A stretch of 64,000 nt of DNA from a virus (taxonomy: Duplodnaviria; Caudoviricetes). Below are positions 20,268 through 30,694 of the stretch, piece by piece. Position numbers and translations under genes: made by a program. The notes beneath the pieces were generated by a model. That model did no database searches, was not told the origin of the DNA, and was given only the letters and a program-made list of their open reading frames with translations. Every line of letters starts with the position of its first letter. Position 1 is the stretch's first letter. Where the stretch lies: the IMG/VR virus record IMGVR_UViG_3300028797_000101, positions 32,001 to 96,000 of that record. The stretch is one strand, 5' to 3'.

Positions 20268-21458
20268 ATGAATCCTTCAGGAAATGTACAATTTGTTTAT
20301 GTAGTAGGTGATGTATTGCCTGAGGAGGTAGATGATTCTACCATCTACATTGTAGGTACAGAAAAGAAATCTATCTACGTAGGGTCAGAACTCATTGTAT
20401 CTGACCTTACTGGAGACATTGAAACAATTGAAGAACAAATTGGCAATAATACTTTAGGTACTAGCGTTCCAAAGTATGACGTGTCGTTTACAGATCACAC
20501 CTATTCAGCTAGTAACGGTAGTACGGATGGCACCATTACTATTACACAAGAAGCTATTTATGCGCCTAATGATACTGGTGAGCACCATCAACAGATTCCG
20601 GCTGTTTCTTTTACACCTAAAGTGGGTGGATGGGATGAAGTTGTAGCTTCCATTCCTAAATCGTATTATACCGCTACTGCTAATTCATCTATGGGTAATA
20701 AATCTGATAGTACCCGAAATAACTTTAACTTATTATCATATGCCTTTCTCAATAATACTAAAAGTAATAACACGATTATTGGAAAAATAGATTATGGGTA
20801 CAGTGTGAAGGCATTTTCAAGTAGCGCATCAATTATTTTACAGTGTTATTTAGGTAATAACAGTATTTTATACAAAAACATACCTGTAACTAGCACTGGT
20901 CATGTTTATGAAACTGAAATGATTATGACTCAGGCTAATCAATTAAGTGAAAACGGTGTAGCGTACATTGGAATAACGTCATATAATTGCACCATAACTG
21001 GATGCGATGGTACCGTGTATTTATACGCAGGTAATTTAAGTGGACATACAAATTATGTAGAAATGGACGATTTTGATGAATGGACTGCAACTGGAAACGT
21101 ACAATGCAGTTATCAGTCAATGTACGGGGGATGGTTAATTACTACAGACAATGCAAGTCCTGCAAGTTGTAAATTAACTAAAACATTTAATGTTGAGGGC
21201 GATAGAGATTATACGCTAATTATAGATACAATGATGTGTGACGGTGTAAGCGGTTATGCAAGTATAGAAATGGAAGATTTAAGCGTTGGAGCAACTTCAT
21301 ATCCACCAGTAAAAATAGACACAAATAATCAAGGTGGTTTTAGAACTTATCTTACAACTAATGAAGAAGCTACTCAAATGAAAATTACCATTGACTTAAG
21401 TAATGTTTACACCACAGGTACGGCTATGTTCCTGTTAAATAAAATGTATCTTGCTTAA
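20268..21458 (+). CDS. Probable virion fibre/carbohydrate-binding protein
   Basis: Beta-rich, S/T/N/Y-rich sequence; visibly more AT-rich 3' two-thirds. Confidence 0.5.
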   Translation: MNPSGNVQFVYVVGDVLPEEVDDSTIYIVGTEKKSIYVGSELIVSDLTGDIETIEEQIGNNTLGTSVPKYDVSFTDHTYSASNGSTDGTITITQEAIYAPNDTGEHHQQIPAVSFTPKVGGWDEVVASIPKSYYTATANSSMGNKSDSTRNNFNLLSYAFLNNTKSNNTIIGKIDYGYSVKAFSSSASIILQCYLGNNSILYKNIPVTSTGHVYETEMIMTQANQLSENGVAYIGITSYNCTITGCDGTVYLYAGNLSGHTNYVEMDDFDEWTATGNVQCSYQSMYGGWLITTDNASPASCKLTKTFNVEGDRDYTLIIDTMMCDGVSGYASIEMEDLSVGATSYPPVKIDTNNQGGFRTYLTTNEEATQMKITIDLSNVYTTGTAMFLLNKMYLA

Positions 21459-21580
21459 TTAAAACCGATTTTAATAAAGTAATGCATCTAGAAGTTACAT
21501 TAAAAGAACTTGGAGTTTTCTTTAATAAGAAGAAAACCAACAATGTATCTGATAGAGTAACTAGTTCTGAAATTTTATAC

Positions 21581-21617
21581 AAAGACCTTGGTACGAATCG
21601 GCGCGCCAGGGTCTTTT
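21581..21617 (+). terminator. Terminator hairpin
   Basis: AAAGACCTTGG/CCAGGGTCTTT followed by T. Confidence 0.65.
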
Positions 21618-21701
21618 CTATGTGTATCGTTATGTTATTCAACAAAATAAATTTGATGACGATCTCATGTAATGTTGTTATATCAGAATGGAGGTGATTA
21701 A

Positions 21702-21989
21702 ATGAGTGAGTTGGAATATTATCAAGATCTAGACACTCATCCTTTTACAGGAAAGCGTGTGTTACGAAGACCAATTAGAGCAAGGATCAAAGCTACCGAA
21801 CACATTCTGCATTTCTTCGATGGGTCGGAAGGTTACTATCAGGTAAAAGATCTGACGATCGGTAAGACATATGAAATCAAGGCTGTTGAAGGTTTCGGGG
21901 ACGTCGCAGATGCTCTGTTTGAGAATGACAAAGGTGAAGAAACACGAGCAATGATCGGTTGGTTTGAAGCTGTTGATAAAGACGCGTAA
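21702..21989 (+). CDS. Hypothetical protein
   Basis: GGAGGTG SD. Confidence 0.6.
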   Translation: MSELEYYQDLDTHPFTGKRVLRRPIRARIKATEHILHFFDGSEGYYQVKDLTIGKTYEIKAVEGFGDVADALFENDKGEETRAMIGWFEAVDKDA

Positions 21990-22203
21990 TGAGGTAGTCA
22001 ATCATGTATGATATTATACATTTATGGCACAATACACAAGGTGATGCTGACCAATACTTTGTACGTAAAGGAGAAAAAATTTTGTTCAGAATTCCGAAGT
22101 GGTTAGGGAGATTGCTCATGTCATGAATTCGGTTAACTGCAAATATCTTCAATTCTCTGATTCGTTATGTTGTTACATGCATTAAAATAAGAGGAGAAAC
22201 AAC

Positions 22204-22383
22204 ATGAATGATAAGCGAGTAAAAGAGCCTTGTCCGTTCTGCGGAAATCCTGCAGAAAATATTCAGATAAAGCGTTACACTAACGGGTACAACAAGATAA
22301 TGTGCCCAGAGTGCAATGCGACGTTTGAAGGTTTCTATAGCAGACAAGAAGTTATAGACAAGTGGAACCATAGGTTCAGATAG
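22204..22383 (+). CDS. Lar-family restriction alleviation protein (59 aa, not in the ORF track)
   Basis: Translates as MNDKRVKEPCPFCG..MCPECNA..IDKWNHR; GAGGAG SD. Confidence 0.7.
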   Translation: MNDKRVKEPCPFCGNPAENIQIKRYTNGYNKIMCPECNATFEGFYSRQEVIDKWNHRFR

Positions 22384-22400
22384 GAGGTAGGTTGTGTTAT

Positions 22401-23777
22401 GGCGTACCTTTGGAGGATCCTCCGTCAGCCACTTTTCAAATATTAAAGAAAGGAGAATAACATGGCTACATATTGTGTACAGAGTAATGTAATCAGAGGA
22501 TTGAGCAAAGAACAGTATGACGTACTTCGAGAAATGTGCAGATATTCTAATAATCTATACAATGTTGCACTTTATAACATTCGTCAACATTATTTCAACA
22601 CAAAGCAATTTTTAAACTACGAAGGCAACTATCACGAATGTAAGACGAATGAAAATTATAAGCTTTTGCAGGCAGGAATATCACAGCAGATAATGAAAGT
22701 TGTAGACAGAAGTTTCAAATCTTTCTTCAATCTGATTAAGAAATGTAAACTTGGAGATTACAGATATCACGATGTCAATATTCCACATTATAGACCTAAA
22801 GGCGGAATGTTTAATCTGATAATGTCTACAAATGCTCTTGTAGTGAAAAATGGATATCTATATGTTCCAATGAGTAGGAATTTCAGAACTTTGCACCCAG
22901 GTATGAAAGAAATCAAGATTGCATTTCCGGAAAGATTGACAGACAAGATTATTAAAGAAGTTCGCATCTTACCTTTTAACAATGGTCGTTACTTCAAGAT
23001 ACAATATGTATATGAAGTTGAACAAGAAGATGCCTACGTTGACAAGAATAATATTCTGTCAATAGATCTAGGTGTGGACAATCATGCTACTTGTGTTTCA
23101 ACTGTTGGGACACCGTTCATTATGGAAGGTCGTAAACTCAAATCAATCAACCATCAGTGGAACAAAGAATTAGCAAGACTTCGTTCTATTTCTATGAAAC
23201 AGAAATTAAAGACCACAAATCGGATACAGAATATCACAACAAAGCGAAACAATCGAGTCAATGATATTATCAAGAAGTCAGCAAGATACATAATCAACTA
23301 CTGTATCAAAAACAGTATTGGTACGCTCATTGTAGGCTACAGTGTTGATTTCAAAAGATATTCTAACATCGGTAAAGTTAACAATCAGAACTTTGTCCAG
23401 ATACCTTTAGGTGATCTTCGGCAACAACTTGAATTCCTTTGTTGGAAGTATCATATAGATTACATTAAACAAGAAGAAAGTTACACTTCTAAAAGCAGCT
23501 TTCTAGATAAAGATGTGCTTCCGGAGTACAAAGCAGAACAGCCGTATGAAGGTACATTCAGTGGTAAGCGCATAAAAAGAGGACTATACCAATCAAAGAA
23601 CGGTACAATCCTTAATGCTGATGTAAACGGGGCAGCTAATATCTTAAGAAAATGTAAGCAGAATGTCGATTTCGATAGACTGTGTAAAGGGCTTTTGGCG
23701 AGTCCAGTAAGAATAAGGATATCTTAAGTATCAAACTTCTTATGAATCCTATCAGCTTTAGCCGATGGGTACGTCAA
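22401..23777 (+). mobile_element. tnpB-only IS200/IS605-family element
   Basis: Starts after TTAT and ends with a right-end hairpin plus TCAA; removing it recreates ATG GAA ATG ACT in frame with ORF 23782. Confidence 0.8.
22462..23727 (+). CDS. tnpB: RNA-guided endonuclease TnpB
   Basis: LYNVALY, RuvC-I SIDLG, EESYTSK and RuvC-III NADVNGAANI motifs. Confidence 0.9.
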   Translation: MATYCVQSNVIRGLSKEQYDVLREMCRYSNNLYNVALYNIRQHYFNTKQFLNYEGNYHECKTNENYKLLQAGISQQIMKVVDRSFKSFFNLIKKCKLGDYRYHDVNIPHYRPKGGMFNLIMSTNALVVKNGYLYVPMSRNFRTLHPGMKEIKIAFPERLTDKIIKEVRILPFNNGRYFKIQYVYEVEQEDAYVDKNNILSIDLGVDNHATCVSTVGTPFIMEGRKLKSINHQWNKELARLRSISMKQKLKTTNRIQNITTKRNNRVNDIIKKSARYIINYCIKNSIGTLIVGYSVDFKRYSNIGKVNNQNFVQIPLGDLRQQLEFLCWKYHIDYIKQEESYTSKSSFLDKDVLPEYKAEQPYEGTFSGKRIKRGLYQSKNGTILNADVNGAANILRKCKQNVDFDRLCKGLLASPVRIRIS

Positions 23778-23797
23778 GGAAATGACTGTAAAAGAAG
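23653..23797 (+). ncRNA. TnpB omega-RNA (scaffold overlapping the tnpB 3' end, plus flanking guide)
   Basis: Canonical location; right-end hairpin ending TCAA; predicted guide GGAAATGACTGTAAAAGAAG. The 5' boundary is inferred from homology with the second copy. Confidence 0.65.
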
Positions 23798-23991
23798 CGA
23801 AGAGACATGTTGAAGCTTTGCAGGAGTTGAGAAAAGACCTTGATACACTCCATGATCATATTCTTAAGATTCAGGAGGAGCTGCCTGAAACCTTTGTGTG
23901 CGATGGGTCTATCATTGACGCTATCGCATATCTCAAAGATTATGAGATCATCTTAACAAATGCTATTGACAACGCTAAGATTCCGCTGTAG
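23782..23991 (+). CDS. Hypothetical protein whose original start codon was split by the IS
   Basis: The upstream SD AGGAGG (22382) and the AT|G start lie on the other side of the IS. Confidence 0.6.
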   Translation: MTVKEAKRHVEALQELRKDLDTLHDHILKIQEELPETFVCDGSIIDAIAYLKDYEIILTNAIDNAKIPL

Positions 23992-24259
23992 GTGATGTTA
24001 TGAAGAAGATGAAGCATGCTACAGAGATCAAGAAGTACTACAGATATTGTGGTTATACTGATGGAAGCGGAAAGCCTAGTGGCTACATGATCAAATATTA
24101 CACTCAAGCAGAATATGAATACTGGACGAAGCGATGCAAGCATGTTCTGATTGAGATGGGTCAAAACAGAGAGCAATGAAGATGTCGACAGTAGAGGTCT
24201 ATTAGATGAGCAAGCCGATTGAGAGTTATGTATGTATTTCGACTAGAGGAGTGAGTAGC

Positions 24260-24673
24260 ATGAAAAGTCTTTCAGAGATACTGCAGGATATTGCACCTTA
24301 TGTTATTGTCACCGGTTCATATGCATTTGGAACACAGAAAGCTACTTCTGACATTGATTTCTATGTTAAGGCAAGATCTGATGAAGATCGAGAAAAGGAA
24401 TGTGAAGAAACGGGCATAGACTGGAGCGATACAGAAGAGACCTACGTTCCAACATTGATCAGATATTTTGAATCGCTTGGATACGAATGGTCAAGTTGTT
24501 TCATTGAATCTTTTGCAATAGACGAAACAGACATACCGCTAGAGTTTTCATCATTTTACAGCATAGACAATCAGCTGTTTGATATTGAAATTTGCGGAGT
24601 TAAGTTAACAGCTTCTAGAAGCAATTACACTGGCGGAAAGTACATCAACGGTCAGAAACTCAAAAATAGGTAG
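24260..24673 (+). CDS. Minimal nucleotidyltransferase (Pol-beta superfamily)
   Basis: TGSYAFG..SDIDF motif. Confidence 0.75.
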   Translation: MKSLSEILQDIAPYVIVTGSYAFGTQKATSDIDFYVKARSDEDREKECEETGIDWSDTEETYVPTLIRYFESLGYEWSSCFIESFAIDETDIPLEFSSFYSIDNQLFDIEICGVKLTASRSNYTGGKYINGQKLKNR

Positions 24674-24735
24674 TCAGTGAATCTATCATCTAACCTTCTA
24701 TCATGTTATCAAATATCAAAGAGGAGGATTTTACC

Positions 24736-24831
24736 ATGGAAGAAAAGACAGATGTTGAAATTCCCGAAGTTGAAGTTGAAATTCCTGCAGAGATGCTTGA
24801 GGAATTTGAAAATGCGAAAGGAGACGATTGA
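24736..24831 (+). CDS. 31-aa acidic peptide preceding the endolysin
   Basis: GAGGAGG SD; MEEKTDVEIPEVEVEIPAEMLEEFENAKGDD; late-type motif at 24692. Confidence 0.55.
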   Translation: MEEKTDVEIPEVEVEIPAEMLEEFENAKGDD

Positions 24832-24833
24832 TA

Positions 24834-26378
24834 ATGGGTTACACTAATAGTCCCTTAGTGTCGTATGTAGCTCTCAGCCCGAATCATTCAGGTCAGAGAG
24901 TTCACGTTATCGACAGAATTACTCCACACTGCGTAGTAGGTCAAGCTACTGTGGAGAGACTTGGTCAGATATTTGCGCCCACTTCTAGAAAGGCAAGCTG
25001 TCAATATGGTATCGGTGTAGATGGGCGTGTAGGAATGTACGTAGAAGAAAAGAACAGATCTTGGTGCACTTCGTCTAACGCAAATGATCAGAGAGCTGTT
25101 ACAATTGAATGCGCATCGGACAATACTCATCCATACGCAATGAATGCATCGGTGTACACTACACTTGTTAACTTATGTGTAGATATCTGTAGCAGAAACG
25201 GGAAGAATCAGCTGTTGTGGATAAGCGATAAGAACAAGGCTCTGGCGTATGAGCCTAAGTCGAATGAGATGCTCCTTACTGCTCACAGATGGTTTGCTGC
25301 AAAAGCATGTCCCGGCGATTGGTTGTATTCTAGACTCGGAGATCTAGCTACAGCTGTAACCGCAAGGCTTGCAGGCAAATCAACAGACGATCAGGAATCC
25401 GGAACAATCGGAAATGTTCTCTATCGTGTGCAAGTAGGCGCATTTACATTTCAAGCGAATGCCGAACTCTTAAGAGAAACTCTCAGAGAAAAAGGATATG
25501 AGGCCATTGTTTCTAAGAACGGTGAATACTATCGTGTGCAAGTAGGCGCATTTAGAAACAAGCAGAATGCAACGGCTCTTGCAAACAAGTTAAGATTCGA
25601 TGGATATTCTCCATTCCTTGCAACTACAGGCGGCGTGAATGTCGGTAAAGATGCACTTCCGGCGGTTACCGGTACACCTACCACTGGATCTGATTCAGAT
25701 AATCAAGTGATCTGGAATTCGCTTATGGACTTCATAGGCAATGAATATGGTGTAGCAGGACTAATGGGCAACCTGTATGCAGAATCTAGCTTGAGATCTG
25801 ACAACCTTCAGAATTCTTATGAAGCTAAACTCGGATTCAACGATACAACGTATACACAGGCAGTAGATAGCGGTAACTACACTAACTTCGTTCATGACTC
25901 TGCTGGATACGGTTTAGCTCAGTGGACGTTCTGGAGCAGAAAAGAAAAGTATCTTGCATATGCGCAGAAGATGAAGAAGTCTATCGGAGATGGGCAGACA
26001 GCACTTGAATATCTGAAGATTGAGTTGTCTGAAAGCTATCCTTCTGTTGTTAGTACTCTGAAAGCTGCAACATCTGTTCAAGAAGCTTCTGATGTAGTGC
26101 TCGTTCAGTTTGAACGACCTGCTAATCAGAGCCAGAAGAATAAAGATCTCAGAGCTTCATATGGTCAAACATTCTATAACAGATATGCAACTCCTGAGGA
26201 GCCAAAAGAATCTGCTGCACCTGTATCCTCTGATAAGATTTACATTGTTAAGACTGGCGATACTTTGTCTAGAATCGCTAGCATGTATCATACAACCTAC
26301 GCAAAGTTAGCAGAGTATAACAATCTGCAAAATCCTAACAAGATCAGAGCTGGTCAGAAGATCAAAATTCCATCTTAA
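24834..26378 (+). CDS. Endolysin: Amidase_2 + 2x SPOR + phage lysozyme + LysM
   Basis: TPHC/HRWFAAKACPG; YRVQVGAF twice; GNLYAES/GLAQW/FERP; YIVKTGDTLSRIA. Confidence 0.9.
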   Translation: MGYTNSPLVSYVALSPNHSGQRVHVIDRITPHCVVGQATVERLGQIFAPTSRKASCQYGIGVDGRVGMYVEEKNRSWCTSSNANDQRAVTIECASDNTHPYAMNASVYTTLVNLCVDICSRNGKNQLLWISDKNKALAYEPKSNEMLLTAHRWFAAKACPGDWLYSRLGDLATAVTARLAGKSTDDQESGTIGNVLYRVQVGAFTFQANAELLRETLREKGYEAIVSKNGEYYRVQVGAFRNKQNATALANKLRFDGYSPFLATTGGVNVGKDALPAVTGTPTTGSDSDNQVIWNSLMDFIGNEYGVAGLMGNLYAESSLRSDNLQNSYEAKLGFNDTTYTQAVDSGNYTNFVHDSAGYGLAQWTFWSRKEKYLAYAQKMKKSIGDGQTALEYLKIELSESYPSVVSTLKAATSVQEASDVVLVQFERPANQSQKNKDLRASYGQTFYNRYATPEEPKESAAPVSSDKIYIVKTGDTLSRIASMYHTTYAKLAEYNNLQNPNKIRAGQKIKIPS

Positions 26379-26395
26379 ATTCATGAGGGCCCGGT

Positions 26396-26443
26396 ATATC
26401 CACGAAACTGCTGAGTTATTCACGGCGTTTCGTGGATATCTTT
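26396..26443 (+). terminator. Terminator hairpin
   Basis: ATATCCACGAAAC/GTTTCGTGGATAT followed by CTTT. Confidence 0.7.
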
Positions 26444-26498
26444 GTAAATCGTTAACTATAGTGTAACAACAATTTCTCTTTGTAAAGGATGAGTAACC

Positions 26499-28313
26499 AT
26501 GATTCATGTAGTTCAAAATGATAAGATATATGAAATAACTTTTCCATATGATCCTACTGTGATTGATCTTATCAAGCAAGTTCCGGGAAGATCTTGGGTT
26601 CCAGAATCTAAGAAATGGACTATTCCTAAGGATAAACTTGGATTTCTTATCAATCAGTTTAGAGGGACTGCTTATGAATCATCTCTTAACATAATATCTG
26701 ATGAAGCTATCAATGTGAACGCAACAGTTGATAAAACTACACAGATTCCAGACATAGATATCTCAGATGTTGATTTCAAGGTGAAAGATGGGGCAGCTCC
26801 GTACAAGCATCAGCTTGATTTCATGAAATTTGCAAAGTATCGGCAAGATCTAGGTAACTACAATGGCTTCTTGATTGCAGATGAGATGGGAGCAGGTAAA
26901 ACACTAGAGCTCGCAAATCTAGCGATATATAACAGAAAGCGATATGGCTATAAACATTGTTTAGTTATCTGCTGTGTAAACAGCTCTAAATATAACTGGA
27001 AGAATGATATTGAATCACACTTGAAAGAGCCTGCATACATCTTAGGCACTCGATACAAGAGAAACGGTGATATTAGATTTGATACAGGAAGCAAAGAGAA
27101 GATTGAAGATTTGAGTCATAAGGGTGTTTACAATCCAAAGACTAAAACAGCTTCACCCTTCCCGTATTTTATCATAATGAATATTGAAGGCTTCCGATAC
27201 AGAGAAGGAAAGAGATTTCCTATTGCGGAGCTCATTCAGAGATACATTGACCTGGGTGAGATTTCTATGATCGCTATAGACGAAGTGCATAAGAATATGT
27301 CAATGAGTTCTCTTCAAGGAAAAGCGATTCAAGACATTCAGGCCAAGTCCACTAAGCATGCAATGTGGCTTCCAATGACCGGAACGCCTATCGTGAACAA
27401 ACCTACAGATTTGTATCTTCCACTGAAACTGATCGGTGGGCACACATTCAAAAACTTTTACTCCTGGTGTTTAAGATACTGTGTATATGGAGGATACGGA
27501 GACAAAGAAATCATTGGATATAAGAACATATCCGAATTGAAAAATCTTCTTCAGCCTAACATGATTCGTAGATTGAAAGCAGATATACTAGATCTTCCTC
27601 CTAAGATTCAGTATACTGAATATGTAGAGAATACACCGTATCAATCTAGGCTATACGATAAGATATCTCAGGAGATGATAAGCAAGAAGGCAGAGATACT
27701 ATCATCGCTCAACCCAACAGTTGCGTTCATGCGGCTTCGTCAGGTGAATGGGTCTCCTGAACTCCTGGACAACACATTGAGCACAGCGTCAGATGATTAC
27801 ATAAAACACAATGCTAAACTGAAAAGGCTCCTTGAGCTTCTTGAAGATGCTAATGATCGTGGTGAAAAGACAATAGTTTTCTCAAACTGGGTAGAGCCTT
27901 TGCGAACCTTATATAAGTTCGTATCAGCTCGCTACAAAACTTGTTGTTTTACAGGTACAATGAAATCTGATGAAAGAGAGCGTCACAAACAAGTCTTTCA
28001 AACCAATCCAGAATACAAAGTGCTTTTAGGTACTGTTGGGGCAGCCGGAACAACTCATACATTCACAGCTGCAACAAATGTTATATTCTACGATGAGCCT
28101 TGGACACCTGCTGATAAAGTTCAAGCAGAAGATCGAGCTCATAGAATTGGCACAAAGTCCTCTGTTAACATCTTCACGCTCATTTCCAAAGATACAGTAG
28201 ATGATAAAGTCCACGATATACTTTATCAGAAGTCTAGTACCTCTCAGTTTATCGTAGACAACAAGATAGATCTGAGGAACAATCCAGAATTATTTGATAT
28301 GATGTTATCATAG
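26499..28313 (+). CDS. SNF2-family (HARP/SMARCAL1-like) helicase
   Basis: DEMGAGKT, DEVH, TGTP and QAEDRAHRIG motifs; N-terminal HARP-like domain. Confidence 0.9.
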   Translation: MIHVVQNDKIYEITFPYDPTVIDLIKQVPGRSWVPESKKWTIPKDKLGFLINQFRGTAYESSLNIISDEAINVNATVDKTTQIPDIDISDVDFKVKDGAAPYKHQLDFMKFAKYRQDLGNYNGFLIADEMGAGKTLELANLAIYNRKRYGYKHCLVICCVNSSKYNWKNDIESHLKEPAYILGTRYKRNGDIRFDTGSKEKIEDLSHKGVYNPKTKTASPFPYFIIMNIEGFRYREGKRFPIAELIQRYIDLGEISMIAIDEVHKNMSMSSLQGKAIQDIQAKSTKHAMWLPMTGTPIVNKPTDLYLPLKLIGGHTFKNFYSWCLRYCVYGGYGDKEIIGYKNISELKNLLQPNMIRRLKADILDLPPKIQYTEYVENTPYQSRLYDKISQEMISKKAEILSSLNPTVAFMRLRQVNGSPELLDNTLSTASDDYIKHNAKLKRLLELLEDANDRGEKTIVFSNWVEPLRTLYKFVSARYKTCCFTGTMKSDERERHKQVFQTNPEYKVLLGTVGAAGTTHTFTAATNVIFYDEPWTPADKVQAEDRAHRIGTKSSVNIFTLISKDTVDDKVHDILYQKSSTSQFIVDNKIDLRNNPELFDMMLS

Positions 28314-28332
28314 AAAGGAGAAACAAGGTTTC

Positions 28333-29124
28333 ATGAAAATCATTTCCAGTAGACTAGATGATGTTCGCATGGAGAAGGAGAACTACGAACGCGACTATGC
28401 AGAACAGAAGGCTAGATATGATGAACAAAACGCTGCTTACACACGAGCAACTAGAGCGGTGCTTGACAACATTGAATCTGCACTTCTTCAGCAGATAAAC
28501 GCAAGAACTTCTCAGAATGTTAAGGTGAAAGCAGAACGAGACTTTTCTTACAGATATCCTCAAGAGTCCTTTGTACAGGTTAAAGTATATGCAGAAAATC
28601 CTGGATGGCCGTTAAGATGGTCATGGTATGCAAATATCAATCAAGAAACTGGCGAGGTGGAGAAATCTTCCAACAGCTATTCAGGTATCGAAGCTACAAC
28701 TCCTGAAGACATCAACATGCTCAAAGAGTCTTTAGACGTAATGGACTACTTAGTAAATCAAGTAGATTGGAACACATTACTTCATGTGCAGCTTCCTAAA
28801 GGTTCTGATTATTTTACAATGAAGCAGCCTGAGCGTAGAAATTTTGCTCAAGCTGAGGCAGACGCGCTGATTGCCGATTGCGTAGGTCAGCCGATCCTTG
28901 TCAAATGTACTGTAACTAGCGATAATTACAGAGTCAAAAAATGGGTTAGGTTCTTATCACAAACTGCTGCTTTCTACAATGTAATAACTATCAGCTCTTC
29001 TTATTCTGCGGAAGAGCTGGAAAACGATTTCAAAGAACTGACTGAAGTCAAATATCCTCAAAGAATAAGCAAGGCTAAAATCTTCCCTGTTACACCTTTT
29101 GAAACAATAGAGATTTTAGAGTAA
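28333..29124 (+). CDS. Hypothetical protein, MKIISSR leader
   Basis: AAGGAG SD; downstream of the intragenic late-type motif at 27905. Confidence 0.6.
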   Translation: MKIISSRLDDVRMEKENYERDYAEQKARYDEQNAAYTRATRAVLDNIESALLQQINARTSQNVKVKAERDFSYRYPQESFVQVKVYAENPGWPLRWSWYANINQETGEVEKSSNSYSGIEATTPEDINMLKESLDVMDYLVNQVDWNTLLHVQLPKGSDYFTMKQPERRNFAQAEADALIADCVGQPILVKCTVTSDNYRVKKWVRFLSQTAAFYNVITISSSYSAEELENDFKELTEVKYPQRISKAKIFPVTPFETIEILE

Positions 29125-29163
29125 GCGCATATTCAATCATTCACAAAAGGAGGAACATAATCA

Positions 29164-29400
29164 ATGTTAGCATACATTAAATCTGCTCAAGACCCTAATG
29201 CAGATCCATTAGGTGATATCATGGACACAGTCGAAGATGATTTCGATTTCATCATGTCAGGATTAGATAAGCTGGGTCGAGAGAAGTCGACACAAGGTCA
29301 AGCTCTGACAATTGCATCTAACATGGCAGATGGGTTCCAGAGCATAATCAAAGACATAGCGAGTGCGCTGAAAGGAGAAAGAGTAAATGAGACCGAATAG
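29164..29400 (+). CDS. Hypothetical protein, MLAYIKSAQ leader
   Basis: AGGAGG SD. Confidence 0.6.
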   Translation: MLAYIKSAQDPNADPLGDIMDTVEDDFDFIMSGLDKLGREKSTQGQALTIASNMADGFQSIIKDIASALKGERVNETE

Positions 29401-30034
29401 ATGCTCTTCAGAAGAATTCATGCAGATATTAGAGGATCGTATCTCTAATCTGGAACAAGACGATTACGTAGCTAGCTCTCAAGCTATTCAAGCCGATGAG
29501 GAGATTGATGAGGAGACATTGGATGCCATTTGGGACATTGCAAACAGATATGTCACATCTTATCCTGTTTCGGGTGATTGGGAGACTGAGACACCACATG
29601 CGATGCACGCCATCATGGATGAGCTTGGCGTAGACGAAGCTACAGCTCAGAGGTACATGATCGAAGGACTTGGATATTCACCTGAAGAATTTGAGTCTAT
29701 GAACAAACAAGCTAAAGTAGAGAAAGAAGTTTTAGATGTGCTTGCGAAGCATGGTTATGATATCAGCACAGAAGCTGCTCGGTATCTTGCAAATGCTGCA
29801 ACAATGTATATCCTCGAGTGGCCTGAGGGCGAGTACGATGCAGAAACATGGTTCAACGATACAAAGACGAACTATCCAGAAGAGCTCGAATACCTCAAAT
29901 ACCCCGAAGAAATCGAAAGTGCTTGCAATACAACTGGAATGCCTGCAGCTGTAACTCAGTTAGATGACGTAGACAAGATCGAGGGCTGCGGAATCAACTG
30001 CTCCACGAACATTGACGGACTTATCACCGTCTAA
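29387..30034 (+). CDS. Acidic modular hypothetical protein
   Basis: Internal VASS, IQAD, IESA and INCS motifs. Confidence 0.6.
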   Translation: MRPNRCSSEEFMQILEDRISNLEQDDYVASSQAIQADEEIDEETLDAIWDIANRYVTSYPVSGDWETETPHAMHAIMDELGVDEATAQRYMIEGLGYSPEEFESMNKQAKVEKEVLDVLAKHGYDISTEAARYLANAATMYILEWPEGEYDAETWFNDTKTNYPEELEYLKYPEEIESACNTTGMPAAVTQLDDVDKIEGCGINCSTNIDGLITV

Positions 30035-30045
30035 TTCAACAAGCT

Positions 30046-30549
30046 ATGAATGATACATTAGGAAAAGACGCCGAAGATAAAATTACAGAATGGCTAGACA
30101 AGCCGGAAGAAGGATATTCATTTGATCGCATATACGATCAGATGACAGGCTTCTGGGGATCTTCTAACATATGTGATTTCATTTGTTTCAAATCACCTTA
30201 CTTGTATTACATCGAAAGTAAGGCAACTTGGGAAGATAGATTCGACTTCTCAATGCTTTCTAAAAAACAGCATGATGATCTACAGGACAAAGCGAAAATA
30301 CCTTATGTTAGAGGCCTAGTTATTGTTCTATTCGCAACGTACCAAAGAGCATTTATCTTTGATATACGTGATATCATATACATAGAGGAAGAACTACATA
30401 AGAAATCCATCAACATCAAGAAGATAGATTCTTACAACATTCCCTACGCAGAGATAGAAACCATTCCGAATAAACGAAAACGTCTATTGGATTACACAGG
30501 TTCTCTCGAAACGTACTGTTCTAAATTGCGAGAAACTAGCACCTTTTAA
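30046..30549 (+). CDS. RecU-like Holliday junction resolvase (PD-(D/E)xK)
   Basis: G..AE, CDF, IESKAT and Q...L motifs. Confidence 0.7.
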   Translation: MNDTLGKDAEDKITEWLDKPEEGYSFDRIYDQMTGFWGSSNICDFICFKSPYLYYIESKATWEDRFDFSMLSKKQHDDLQDKAKIPYVRGLVIVLFATYQRAFIFDIRDIIYIEEELHKKSINIKKIDSYNIPYAEIETIPNKRKRLLDYTGSLETYCSKLRETSTF

Positions 30550-30694
30550 CTTTGCTTGTTTCAAGTTCATTTGTAGTCTCCTTATTCAACATGGCGCGAA
30601 CCCTAGGCATGAGTCCTGCCAGCTTATGTCTAGGGTTCGTGCTATGTACGATTCGTTATGTAAGTTACAAATAATTCATAAAGGAGTGTTACAT

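Noticed and set aside
25421-25554. Direct repeat CTATCGTGTGCAAGTAGGCGCATTT
   Set aside because: Explained by the tandem SPOR domains of the endolysin.
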